A stretch of 38,196 nt of DNA, taken from IMG/VR virus record IMGVR_UViG_3300029267_003506; one strand, written 5' to 3'. The position numbers were made by a program, and so were the translations under genes. Below, piece after piece: positions 24,003 through 33,171 of this stretch. The notes beneath the pieces were generated by a model, which worked only from the letters and a program-made list of their open reading frames with translations, ran no database searches and was not told where the DNA came from. Each line of letters begins with the position of its first letter. Within the stretch, counting starts at the first letter, position 1. This DNA comes from a virus. Taxonomy: Duplodnaviria; Heunggongvirae; Uroviricota; Caudoviricetes.

Positions 24003-26888
24003 TCAAGCGATTCCCAAGAGGTAACTGTCCTGATTCTCCATGTACTCAGAAGCCGTCACCTTGGACACCCTGCCATTGGATACGTGTTTCACCGTCAACT
24101 CGTCGCTTGGCTCGAAATGCAGTACTTCCCCATCGTCAGTCACAATGCGTATGCGACCTTCTCTCCTTTCGTGTTTCTGCCACTCTGCGATGTGACGTTC
24201 GACGGTCTGGAGCACATTGGCAAGCGCTTGGATACCCTCCTCGCTTTTGATGTCGAGTCCTTTGTTCACCACATACTCGTAACCGCCTACAAAACCAATC
24301 GTGCTGTATTGGCGACGCAGGTCAATCCAGCCTGTCGTGTAGAGTGGCAAGTGACCCGTCTCAATGCGGTGTTGGATAAGTCGTCGATGGGAAACCAAAA
24401 TCTTGTGGAGAACTGCCAAGTCTTTTTCCAGGATATCCGGATCATCGCGTTCCAAAATGGCAATGCGGGGCAGGTTCAGCCCGGCTACTCTGTGGCTACC
24501 GATTGACAAACCGCCAACCCCGAACGAATTTTGGTACCCGTCGCTCGCTACCTTGTCGAACTCGGATTTCAGCCGGCAGCACGAGGAGAATGCATTGGGC
24601 TTTGATTGGAAAATGTTTGCCGTTGCCTTGGCGCAGTTGGCTTCGGCAGCCCAGTCAACAAATTCGGGGTCGATGTACTCCCCGTTTTCGTCAAGAGAAA
24701 TCGCCAAGGTCATAATGGGAAAAGTGAAAATGCCCTCTTCGCAGTTGATTTCCGCGTAATACTCAAAAAAGCGCCGCGATAACACCAAGACGCTATCCAG
24801 GTCCGGTTTGGTGCCATCCGGATAAGCATAGCCCCTAAACAACTCCGCCAAGAAGCCTTTGTCCATTACGCTGAGATTGGTAAAGGCACTTTGATTTCCG
24901 CGAAAAGGAAAGTTGAGAGAGAAAATCAAGTTTTGGAATTGGTTCTTGATCTTCCCCCACGTTTCTTTTCTATCCAGGTGCTTCGCGTAGTCTTCACCCA
25001 TCTCTTTCCGGTAAAACCAATCCAATGCCACAAAGAAATCCGGATAGCTAGCCGCGCCGAGAATCTGGTTGCTGATGTAGGCGGTCGACTGAATGAGAAG
25101 GGCAAAAAACGAGTCACTGCGCTTTGGAGGATTGATAGGCATATTACCGTCAAAAAATGCCATGCCACTAGCCAAGAGATTACGCAAATCAAAGGCAAAG
25201 CAGTTATGTTGCGTCATTCCGCAAGCATAGAAGGTGCCAGACTCCGTTGTGATGTCGTATACAAACCCAAGAACATCCTCACCAGAGGGAGTGACCTTCT
25301 GCGTTCCTGCATCCAATCGAAATGTCTTTGACACTTCATTCGTGCGCTCATTCGTGTCCAGACTGCTGTTGAGCCCGCCCTCTCGCGCAAAAGAGGATAA
25401 CTTCACAGATGCGTCAATCATGTCCTCATTAGGCTGAAATGAAAGTCCGAACAAGAATGTAACCCCACCCTTACCATGTCCCGAACTTGATTCGCCAATC
25501 TCCTCGACACTCTTATGATTGAAGACACCCATTGCCGCCAGCACATCAGACAATTGGTTCACAATTGCGTATGCCGACATACGAAGGTTCACAGACCCCC
25601 GAGTGACAATGCCGTCACTGTCCACCAGTCCCGCGACATATGCGCTGACCGATTCTGCGTCCCAATCCAGCACGTTATTCGGAAGGGACTTGGCATATGA
25701 CGATTCGTAGCCAACACCAAAAACCTTCGCAAGCAGCATCCTGAAATGATTTGAGTTGAAGACGATCTGCCTGTCGTCCCGCGTCCTTACGGCACACTCA
25801 GGGAACAACCTTGTCACCACTTCGTAAATCTTTGTCTCGACGATGTTCTTCTGATAGATGTGGATGTTTCCGCGAAGTTCATCCACTTTGATAGCAACCT
25901 CTTCGCCGGTAAGATTCTTTGAGCCAGAGTAGAACTTGTGCCGCCCTACTGAACCATCTCCAGCGATAAAGCCCATCAAATACGCCATGTCAGCAGGAAC
26001 ATCGACAATAGAACGTAATTGCAGTGTATTCTCGCTTCCCCTGATTGTATCCCCGGCGACCAGGTCCTCCGCATTCTTCTCTGACCCGTCTTCCATGATA
26101 ACCGGATGATCGTCTGTCACGAAAGCCATGTCGCCATTTTTTGTTTGATAAATGACATAGCCACGTTCATTCTGGTGACGAAGTATTCTCTTGAGTACCA
26201 CCCACTCGCCATTTCCATCGAGTACTTCCACACGGTGCCGCTGCAAAACGGATTCTGATGCTTTTCCGCTGAGCACTATTTTCTTCCTGTCGCTGCCCAC
26301 CGCAACACGATGAAAATCCAGTTCCTTGTAAACACTTGTCATGTTGATTGTTTCACGGTCGGGATGGTGTTCGGCAAACTCTTCATACTCTTCAAACAAC
26401 GCCTTCATGGTCAGAAGGCGAGTTGGACCACCATTTACGCGCACTATCACAGGAGTCTGCTGATAGTACGAATACGGCATTGAGTAGTTTACGAGGTCAT
26501 TGACGAAAAGTTCGCCGTTGACTACCTTCTCCAGCGCCTCCTCCGCAGCGTCATGACCATAGAAACGCTTGACCCACTTGAAAAGAAGATAAAGGCTGTT
26601 CAACTTCATTAACGCTTTGTTCGCCTCGTAGTTGTACTGCATGATGTTTTTTTCGGTGACATTCGCATTTCCATCTACGCTCACATCCGCCACACTTACC
26701 GTCGCGCTCTTGAAAAACCGTTTGCTGAACTTAACCAGGTCCATGTGCTCGCCGGCAATGCCCTGAATTGCAAATATCTTGTCGCCGTATTTTTCCTCCA
26801 GTGCTTCCATGATGCCCACAAAGTCGTTCGAAAATGATTGCTTCACGTGCCATCCGCGACGTACCGGCATCCCTTCGCCTCCAGTCAA
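24003..26888 (-). CDS. nrdD: Class III RNR, N-terminal polypeptide with intein
   Basis: FVNDL...PY/CFAFDL, NQILGAASYPD, FPFRGNQSAFTN, FTFPIMT, FSSCCRL and GSHRVAGLNLPR motifs. The true start may be at 26870 or further downstream. Confidence 0.92.
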   Translation of the reverse strand: MTGGEGMPVRRGWHVKQSFSNDFVGIMEALEEKYGDKIFAIQGIAGEHMDLVKFSKRFFKSATVSVADVSVDGNANVTEKNIMQYNYEANKALMKLNSLYLLFKWVKRFYGHDAAEEALEKVVNGELFVNDLVNYSMPYSYYQQTPVIVRVNGGPTRLLTMKALFEEYEEFAEHHPDRETINMTSVYKELDFHRVAVGSDRKKIVLSGKASESVLQRHRVEVLDGNGEWVVLKRILRHQNERGYVIYQTKNGDMAFVTDDHPVIMEDGSEKNAEDLVAGDTIRGSENTLQLRSIVDVPADMAYLMGFIAGDGSVGRHKFYSGSKNLTGEEVAIKVDELRGNIHIYQKNIVETKIYEVVTRLFPECAVRTRDDRQIVFNSNHFRMLLAKVFGVGYESSYAKSLPNNVLDWDAESVSAYVAGLVDSDGIVTRGSVNLRMSAYAIVNQLSDVLAAMGVFNHKSVEEIGESSSGHGKGGVTFLFGLSFQPNEDMIDASVKLSSFAREGGLNSSLDTNERTNEVSKTFRLDAGTQKVTPSGEDVLGFVYDITTESGTFYACGMTQHNCFAFDLRNLLASGMAFFDGNMPINPPKRSDSFFALLIQSTAYISNQILGAASYPDFFVALDWFYRKEMGEDYAKHLDRKETWGKIKNQFQNLIFSLNFPFRGNQSAFTNLSVMDKGFLAELFRGYAYPDGTKPDLDSVLVLSRRFFEYYAEINCEEGIFTFPIMTLAISLDENGEYIDPEFVDWAAEANCAKATANIFQSKPNAFSSCCRLKSEFDKVASDGYQNSFGVGGLSIGSHRVAGLNLPRIAILERDDPDILEKDLAVLHKILVSHRRLIQHRIETGHLPLYTTGWIDLRRQYSTIGFVGGYEYVVNKGLDIKSEEGIQALANVLQTVERHIAEWQKHERREGRIRIVTDDGEVLHFEPSDELTVKHVSNGRVSKVTASEYMENQDSYLLGIA
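25203..26471 (-). mobile_element. LAGLIDADG intein (423 aa) in NrdD
   Basis: Starts at Ser (SYYQQTPVIV), block B TDDH, AYLMGFIAGDG and AYVAGLVDSDG motifs, ends VYDITT...QHN followed by Cys. Confidence 0.92.
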
Positions 26889-27150
26889 CTATGAGTCCCT
26901 GGAACTCCCGCTCAATCGTAGAGCGAATCCGAAATATCCGTTGCATCCCTCCGGTGTGATCATTTATCAGCCTACTCACAGGAGGGTATCAAAGAAATAT
27001 AGGAACCAATGACACCTATTCGCATTTCCCGGTCCCTAAATGGCAAAAAAAGACATGACTCACCCTCCGCACGTCCTTACCATTCCTAGTTATACGTTCG
27101 TCGCCATCTTTTTTGTGAAAATCTAGGAAGAAAGATGTAGAATCGAAACC

Positions 27151-27489
27151 ATGAACGAAAACACGCAACCACCTGACAGTCGCAAACAAGCGCTTATCGA
27201 CGCTGTCATCGGGTATGGCGTTTTCTTTTCAACGATAGGTGAATACAAACTGCTGCGCCGGAAATACCCAGGCTTACCGGATGAGGAATCCATAAGCCTG
27301 GTCTTCGCGCACTTTTCTGAATTCCGCGACGCATACGTTCTCAGGTCAGTCAGAAACAGGCGTCCGACCCAGGGGATTCAAATCACCCCTGTTCGGACTA
27401 GCCTGGACAAAATGCAACCTGAAGAAGTGAAAACGGTCGTGAAAAAACGTAGGCAAGAATTGTTCGGGAAGAAACGCCGCCTACGGTAG
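27151..27489 (+). CDS. Hypothetical protein; the only clear plus-strand gene
   Basis: 112 aa; TAGAAT -10 box 7 nt before the ATG suggests a leaderless transcript. Confidence 0.6.
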   Translation: MNENTQPPDSRKQALIDAVIGYGVFFSTIGEYKLLRRKYPGLPDEESISLVFAHFSEFRDAYVLRSVRNRRPTQGIQITPVRTSLDKMQPEEVKTVVKKRRQELFGKKRRLR

Positions 27490-27490
27490 G

Positions 27491-27748
27491 TTAATCCTCT
27501 TCCTTCTCGGCATCCCAACCCTTGTCAACTTCGTCGAAAAACTTCTTCTTCTGCTCGGCGTTCAGCTCCGAAGGGCTATTTACCTTGTATTTCCGCAGTT
27601 TGCCTTCGAAAAACTCACGGTATTTCTTCTGCTTTGGAGTCATTTCGCCGGCGGTGTGGTCGGTAAGGCGATGACGGGCAGACTTCTCGCTCGCCGTTAG
27701 TTCTTTTGCAAGCGCCAGCAACTCGCGCGCTACCTTCTTCCTATCCAT
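27491..27748 (-). CDS. Small head/core-type protein
   Basis: N-terminal MDRKKVARELLALAKEL; C-terminal YREFF...SPSEL...KKKFFDEVDKGW motif, recalled from large-phage head proteins. Confidence 0.7.
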   Translation of the reverse strand: MDRKKVARELLALAKELTASEKSARHRLTDHTAGEMTPKQKKYREFFEGKLRKYKVNSPSELNAEQKKKFFDEVDKGWDAEKEED

Positions 27749-27757
27749 CGTGCTCTC

Positions 27758-28447
27758 CTAGTGCCAAACGCTGAAATGGAGTTCGTACTTGATTTTGTTC
27801 TTCTTGAGCCAATCCGGAAACGCGCCTAGACTCACATTACTGAGGAGGTTAGGGTCGGCGCGAAGCATTTTGTAGAGTTTCCTGGCCGACGCGGGGCTTG
27901 TTGAATCAATGTCGGTGTAGCTCGGGTCCATGTCCTGAGGTCCACTGTCGCCGTGATACTCGCGGACACCAAAGTTCGTCCATGAACTCGTAAACTCGAA
28001 ATCTTTGCCCTTCACGGTAATGGGCTTCGCATCCTCCGGCTCGACCTTCAGGTAATGCACCTGCTCTTCGCCCATGTGTGCCCAGTGGCGTGTCTTGAGA
28101 CCTTCCCTTTCCCACTTCGTCAAAACATCGTTAACAGCCTTTTCCATCCCGCGCTTAGCCTGGTCATAGGTGGAAGATTTCCCAACCTTACCAGCGCGCA
28201 TCAGATTTTCGATGATAAGATCATTGGCACCGTCGCGCGTTTCGACACCCGAGCGAATCCCGGGCCAAACACTGACCCGGAAAACGCGCAGTTTCTTTTT
28301 CCCTTTCGCCGGGAGTTCGGTTATGCGCAGGTTGAAGTTATTCCACTCGATACGACAACCGTTGCCGACAATTTTCTCGTCCCAACGAGAGGTCGTAATC
28401 AGGCGCGCCACCCTCAGTAGTTCACCAGCAATACAGCGGTTGTCCAT
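27758..28447 (-). CDS. Hypothetical internal-head-type protein
   Basis: Start reset to MDNRCIAGELLRVARLI (28447), the same N-terminal motif as its neighbour. Confidence 0.7.
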   Translation of the reverse strand: MDNRCIAGELLRVARLITTSRWDEKIVGNGCRIEWNNFNLRITELPAKGKKKLRVFRVSVWPGIRSGVETRDGANDLIIENLMRAGKVGKSSTYDQAKRGMEKAVNDVLTKWEREGLKTRHWAHMGEEQVHYLKVEPEDAKPITVKGKDFEFTSSWTNFGVREYHGDSGPQDMDPSYTDIDSTSPASARKLYKMLRADPNLLSNVSLGAFPDWLKKNKIKYELHFSVWH

Positions 28448-28493
28448 CTGTTTTCCTCTCCGGTTCTCCCTCAATCTCGTCAAAAAAACCTTG

Positions 28494-28739
28494 TTAGGCT
28501 CTTCCCGGCGTGGAATCAAGCGCCGTGTCGTTCCAGTTGCAGATGACGCCACAGTTTGATACTACAACGCTGCCGGCTTGAGCCTTGATTACGCTACCGC
28601 CAGCCACGCGAATGGTCCTGGTCTCGTCCATCACGCGTATCTGTCCCTCGTAAGCAGCCTCCTCGATGAAACATTGACCGCTGTCCGAACCCACTGCCGC
28701 CGTGGGCATCTGATTGCTCGGCGTGTTGCTGAGTTGCAT
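28494..28739 (-). CDS. Hypothetical protein (81 aa)
   Basis: ATG at 28739 with an AAGGAG RBS; promoter-like motif 45 nt upstream. Confidence 0.6.
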   Translation of the reverse strand: MQLSNTPSNQMPTAAVGSDSGQCFIEEAAYEGQIRVMDETRTIRVAGGSVIKAQAGSVVVSNCGVICNWNDTALDSTPGRA

Positions 28740-28862
28740 GGCTCTCTCCTTGCCAAAAATAGTTGACTTCACCCAGATGACTATATCAACAAATTATCAA
28801 GGACAAAACCTGCTGAAGCCCGAGAAAAAGCAAAACGAACCCGGATTTTCTATCGCCGCACG

Positions 28863-29282
28863 TTACTTCAGGCTTAACTTGACTTCTCTTGCAGGTTTAC
28901 GACTTCTTGTAGGAATGCCATGTTTCTTCCGATGGTATGCAACTCCCTCCCCGGTGAGCCCGTACATCGCGCCTATTTTACCGTCGCTCAGTTTTCCAAT
29001 CTCGTACTTTGTGACCTGCCAACTATGTCACAGGAAGTTTAGTCGGCTCGGGCGGCATTTGTTGTCTGCTCATGGCATCTCAAAGGGAGAGTACCTGAAC
29101 AGATTCCCGGCGGCGAAAACCATCAGCCAAAGAGACAGCAATCGGGTGAGGGATGAAAACAGGAGAAAACCAAGGAGAAGAAAGAGAAAGCCGGGGGTCG
29201 AAGGAATGGACCAGTAAGCAAGGTGCAACGCCGCATCGCCCGCGTCGTAAATCTCGCCGCATTTGTGACACTTCTTTGTCAC
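28863..29282 (-). pseudogene. Zn-finger (MucR-like)/HTH gene disrupted by an internal inversion
   Basis: The start and the HTH end lie on the minus strand and the Zn finger on the plus strand. Flipping 29005-29216 gives one 139-aa ORF. Confidence 0.7.
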
Positions 29283-29420
29283 GCGCCTCGCTCCTTAAGA
29301 GTCCATGGGCACTATACAATCTTTTCGGCTCCTGGCAAGACATTCCCAAGAACTTTTGGTTACCTATTTGGTATTCGATAACATTGAAGCAAGACTAGAT
29401 TGGGTGCGTTGATCCAAAGA

Positions 29421-29451
29421 AAAAGCCCCTGGGAAAATCTCCCAGGGGCTT
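29421..29451 (-). terminator. Intrinsic terminator after the major capsid gene
   Basis: AGCCCCTGGGA-GATTT-TCCCAGGGGCT followed by TTTTCTTT. Confidence 0.9.
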
Positions 29452-29483
29452 ATGATGGGTTGGCGTTACCGAACCAGCGCGTA

Positions 29484-30344
29484 TCAGGTACGGGTGATGT
29501 TCAGCACCTGCAGCGCGTAGGGGTTGTAGCAGCCGATGCCGATGTTCTCGAACACCGAGAAGCCAATCAGGCGGTTCTTCGGGTCGTCTGCACTGAGGAC
29601 GGTAAGTTCCGTCCTCACTGGAATGCGACCGAAGAATTCGGGCTCGCCACAAACATACACGGTACCCTCGGGGACAACGCGCGACACAATCAACTTCGCG
29701 CCCCAGACGGTAGCCATGAGACCGGTCTTGAGCAACTGAGCCTGCGTCTCAATGTCCAGGGTGTCGCGGTCCCACTTGCGCAGGTCGGCGTAGTCCTTGG
29801 CGTTCAGGAAGACGTTCGCGACACGCATGTCGGTACGCTCCACGTTCGCAAAGGCATCAGCCAGGGCGTTCGCTGTCAGGTTGCCCGTGACAGGAATTGC
29901 CGGGTTCGGGTTGGTCGGGTCAGCGGCGAGCGCATCCATGACCGCGAAAACCTTGCGGTCTTCCTCGGCTTGAATCTCGCTCTTCGCCAGGTCAATGCTC
30001 CGCTCGATCAGGTCGAAACGACGAGCCTTGACCTCGGTGAGTTGAATTTCCGGGTTCGAGGCAATCTCGAACAACGGAAACATCACGCGCTTCGGCTTCT
30101 GCACCGCGATGATGTTCAGCCCTTCCTCACCCACGACGTAGGCCGTCACGTTCGGGTCCTTGTCGTAGAGCGGAAGCGCGCCATCGGGCAATTGTTCCAC
30201 GTAGAACGCTTTGCGTCCCACACTGGAGTAGTCACGACGACGACGCAGAGGCTGAATCATCGACGCTGCCAGACGCTGGCGACCAGCCGCAGTCCGGATG
30301 AACTGCGAGATGATTTCCTGTTTGGTCTGATTATCCAGAGCCAT
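29484..30344 (-). CDS. Major capsid protein (HK97-fold)
   Basis: 286 aa after the scaffold and decoration genes; strong RBS, biased codon usage, terminator; VRTELTVLSADDP...IGFSVFENIG C-terminus. Confidence 0.85.
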   Translation of the reverse strand: MALDNQTKQEIISQFIRTAAGRQRLAASMIQPLRRRRDYSSVGRKAFYVEQLPDGALPLYDKDPNVTAYVVGEEGLNIIAVQKPKRVMFPLFEIASNPEIQLTEVKARRFDLIERSIDLAKSEIQAEEDRKVFAVMDALAADPTNPNPAIPVTGNLTANALADAFANVERTDMRVANVFLNAKDYADLRKWDRDTLDIETQAQLLKTGLMATVWGAKLIVSRVVPEGTVYVCGEPEFFGRIPVRTELTVLSADDPKNRLIGFSVFENIGIGCYNPYALQVLNITRT

Positions 30345-30555
30345 GATTCCTTCTCCTTTCAGATCGGAGTGGCGAGCAGTTCGCCATTCCTCCAGTCACT
30401 GCCCTCTCGGGCATTGGGCAGCCACGTGCCACCCTAGACTTCGCGGTTCCAATTGCGGTGAACGGCCCCTTTCTTCTTGCTCGTTCCCTGAACCACTCGT
30501 CTTAAAAACCCCCTACTTCTCACGCCGGGGGGTGAGGCGTGGCGGTGCTGCTTGC

Positions 30556-31050
30556 CTAGATACGCATATCCAGGCCCAGCGTCGGGCTTGCGGTTGTCGG
30601 TGCTTTTGTCACGACACCGATGACGGTCCCCTCGCTGCTGGCCACGTTGGTCAAGAGACCATAAGCCGAGCAGTAGAGTTTCTCGCCAACAGCATACGTG
30701 ATTGCACCACCACCAGTGTCGGTTTCGTACACATCCACCTCGACTGACGCCTGTCCCTTGATAACGGCGATCTTGCCAGAGGCGACTGCCGGGCTGTTGT
30801 CAAACGCTGCCCCAGCAGCATCGTTCACGAAGAGACCGATGGGCATCAGCTCGTCGGTTCCCGGAACGGCGGTGTAATCGAGACCAGCACTCACGGCGGC
30901 AACCGACCCACCCAACACACCACGCGGAGTGTTGACGCTCAACGTGCTGTTGCCATTCGCATTCGCTCCGTAGTTCTGCTTGGTGAAGCAGTCGTCGGAG
31001 AGAACAGGAAGGCTGTTGTTCTGAGTACGGATGAGAATTGTGAGAGCCAT
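30556..31050 (-). CDS. Capsid decoration/cement protein
   Basis: G/A/V-rich beta protein immediately upstream of the capsid gene. Confidence 0.7.
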   Translation of the reverse strand: MALTILIRTQNNSLPVLSDDCFTKQNYGANANGNSTLSVNTPRGVLGGSVAAVSAGLDYTAVPGTDELMPIGLFVNDAAGAAFDNSPAVASGKIAVIKGQASVEVDVYETDTGGGAITYAVGEKLYCSAYGLLTNVASSEGTVIGVVTKAPTTASPTLGLDMRI

Positions 31051-31159
31051 CCTTTACTCCTCCTGTCTCCAAAGTCCTTGTCAATCGTCCTTTCCGGACG
31101 CCAACCCACATTGTTGTTCAAGATCTCATATTGTCGGGCAGCGCCCGCATTATCCTGAT

Positions 31160-32239
31160 TTAGGAACCGAAAACACTGCTTACGTCAGGAGCGCTCTTCC
31201 ACAGGGTAGTCAGGTCGAGGTCGCCAGAAGCACTCGCCACCTTCGGCTGTCCGCCCAAGGTCTGAACGCCAGCCTTCTTTGAGCCGCCTTCGGACTTCTT
31301 GAGTTCAACACAGGCTTCCTCGTCATCACCCTCGTCCTGGTCCTCGGCTGTCCGTGCTTCGCTGTCGTCAGTGTAAAGGCTGGCAAGAAGCGCCTCTTGT
31401 TCCGGAGTTGCGTCGATATCCGACTCCAAGGCGACAAGTTCGATATCCAGTTCGCCGGCTTTCTTGGCTTCGGCTGGCTTCTCGTCCTCAGACTTCTTGG
31501 CTTCGGCTGGCTTCTCGTCCTCAGACTTCTTAGCTTCGGCGGGTTCCTCGTCCTCGGCTTTCTTGGCTTCGGCGGGTTCCTCGTCCTCAGACTTCTCTTC
31601 AGCGTCCTCAGCCTTCTTGGCTTCGGCGGGTTCCTCGTCCTCAGACTTCTTGGCTTCAGCGTCCTCAGCCTTCTTGGCTTCGCCCTTGGCTTCCTCTTCG
31701 ACTTCTTCCTGGACCGTCTTAGCAGCCTCTTCTTCGCCCTTCGCCTCGTCTTCCTTCTTCTCTTCAGCGTCCTCAGCCTTCTTGGCTTCGGCGGGCTTCT
31801 CGTCCTCGGCATAAAGATTGGCTGTCTCGGCATAGCGGCTCAGTGCGCTGTCAAGACCACTGCTGCCGAGTCGCATGAAATCACGCGCCTGGGCTTCTAC
31901 GACATCTTCCGGAGATTTATCACCAAGCAGCAACACAGCCAACCTAACGGCTTTGCTTGCAGCCTGACGAATCTTTTGGATGTGAGCCTTGCGAACGACC
32001 GGGTTACTGTCGCCAGAGCGTTCTGGATCCTCGCGCGGGATACCAACGCCGATTTCGTTGCGCTCTTCGTTTTTCCAGTCGTCGCTTTCGTCCGGGTAGT
32101 ACCAACCCTCCTGCTTGTAGGCGTCTGAGTTGTATTCGTCCATTGGCTCAAACGTCCGATCAGGTTGGCCGACCATTCCCGGATAGGGCTCAGATTCGGC
32201 AGCCTGAAGAGCACGGTCTGTGAGTCTCTTACGTTCCAT
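31160..32239 (-). CDS. Acidic scaffold-like protein with tandem repeats
   Basis: PAEAKK(A/S)EDE(E/K) repeats; position in the head module. Confidence 0.75.
   Translation of the reverse strand: MERKRLTDRALQAAESEPYPGMVGQPDRTFEPMDEYNSDAYKQEGWYYPDESDDWKNEERNEIGVGIPREDPERSGDSNPVVRKAHIQKIRQAASKAVRLAVLLLGDKSPEDVVEAQARDFMRLGSSGLDSALSRYAETANLYAEDEKPAEAKKAEDAEEKKEDEAKGEEEAAKTVQEEVEEEAKGEAKKAEDAEAKKSEDEEPAEAKKAEDAEEKSEDEEPAEAKKAEDEEPAEAKKSEDEKPAEAKKSEDEKPAEAKKAGELDIELVALESDIDATPEQEALLASLYTDDSEARTAEDQDEGDDEEACVELKKSEGGSKKAGVQTLGGQPKVASASGDLDLTTLWKSAPDVSSVFGS
31455..31810 (-). repeat. ~33-bp tandem repeats in the scaffold gene
   Basis: Recurring cttcttggcttcggcgggttcctcgtcctc-like units. Confidence 0.85.
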
Positions 32240-32283
32240 GTTTTGTACCTCCCTATGTGAGTTTTTGATTCCGTGCCCTTGAC

Positions 32284-32988
32284 CTAGCGTGCGGCCAAAC
32301 GCTGCGCAACCCGCGAAGCAAGCACTTTTCGTCTCTCGTCGATGGTGTTTGCCAGTACGTCAACCTGTCGTGCAATCTTGACCCATTTTCCGCCTCGGGA
32401 TTGCAATGCATTAGCAACCCGGTCAAGGCGACGAGATGCTTCCTGAAGTTGCGACGCTTGGATGTAGTCAGCGTCATCTGCCTTCTTGGCTACCGGCAAC
32501 ACATCGCCGTTTTCGCCACTGTCGGTTCCCTCAGCCGGTTCTTCGCCTGTGACCTTCTCAACTTCATCGAGGTCCTGAGTCATGTCCTCTTCCGGCTTGA
32601 CAACCTCCGGCGCGCCTTCCTGGGTCAGTTCCTGCGCGAGAGACAACAGCGCGCGAGCAATGCCTTCCTTCTCGCTGGCGGACCTGCGTGTCGCTTTCTC
32701 GATGTCAGCATCGTCTTCCTTGACGATGGCTTCGGTTTCCTGCGCGATTTCGGCGTCCTGGTCCTGAGACAAACGGGACAACATGACATCAATCTCGCCT
32801 TCCAGGTCCTCGTCGTCTTCCTCGGGAGACAACTCAAGCACCTCGTCCTCCTCAAGTTCGTCTTCAAGAGCCGCAATTTCTTCATCCAGCGTGTCTTCGA
32901 CGGGAGCCACCACCTCATCGTCGGCGAACATAGCCAGACGCTTTTCCAACGCCTGGATTTCGCCCAGCAAATTGTCCCGCATTCCCAT
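32284..32988 (-). CDS. Acidic prohead core/scaffold-like protein
   Basis: D/E-rich with an internal IARALLSLAQEL motif; AAAGGAG RBS. Confidence 0.7.
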   Translation of the reverse strand: MGMRDNLLGEIQALEKRLAMFADDEVVAPVEDTLDEEIAALEDELEEDEVLELSPEEDDEDLEGEIDVMLSRLSQDQDAEIAQETEAIVKEDDADIEKATRRSASEKEGIARALLSLAQELTQEGAPEVVKPEEDMTQDLDEVEKVTGEEPAEGTDSGENGDVLPVAKKADDADYIQASQLQEASRRLDRVANALQSRGGKWVKIARQVDVLANTIDERRKVLASRVAQRLAAR

Positions 32989-33171
32989 CTCCTTTCAAAT
33001 GAACCTAAATCTCAGTCGTCGCAGACTTCCATCGAGGGTCGGGTAGGGTCTCGTGGAGACAATGACCTCTCACCCAAAGACAAATATCAAAAAAATATCA
33101 CATTGTTGGATACGGTCGGAACTCGTGCCCAGGGAAGGAGTTACATACAAAACCGGAAAGCAACTTGCTTA

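Noticed and set aside
22268-24003. Group I intron rejoining nrdD
   Set aside because: Only ~45 nt of non-coding sequence and no recognisable P7 or catalytic core. Not formally excluded without RT-PCR.
23006-24250. 414-aa plus-strand ORF
   Set aside because: Antisense to the endonuclease and nrdD; no motif support.
29070-29282. Membrane protein from the ORF track
   Set aside because: The hydrophobic part is the antisense of an Arg/Lys-rich segment and is explained by the inversion.
29400-30437. 345-aa plus-strand ORF
   Set aside because: Antisense shadow of the codon-biased capsid gene; no RBS or recognisable motif.
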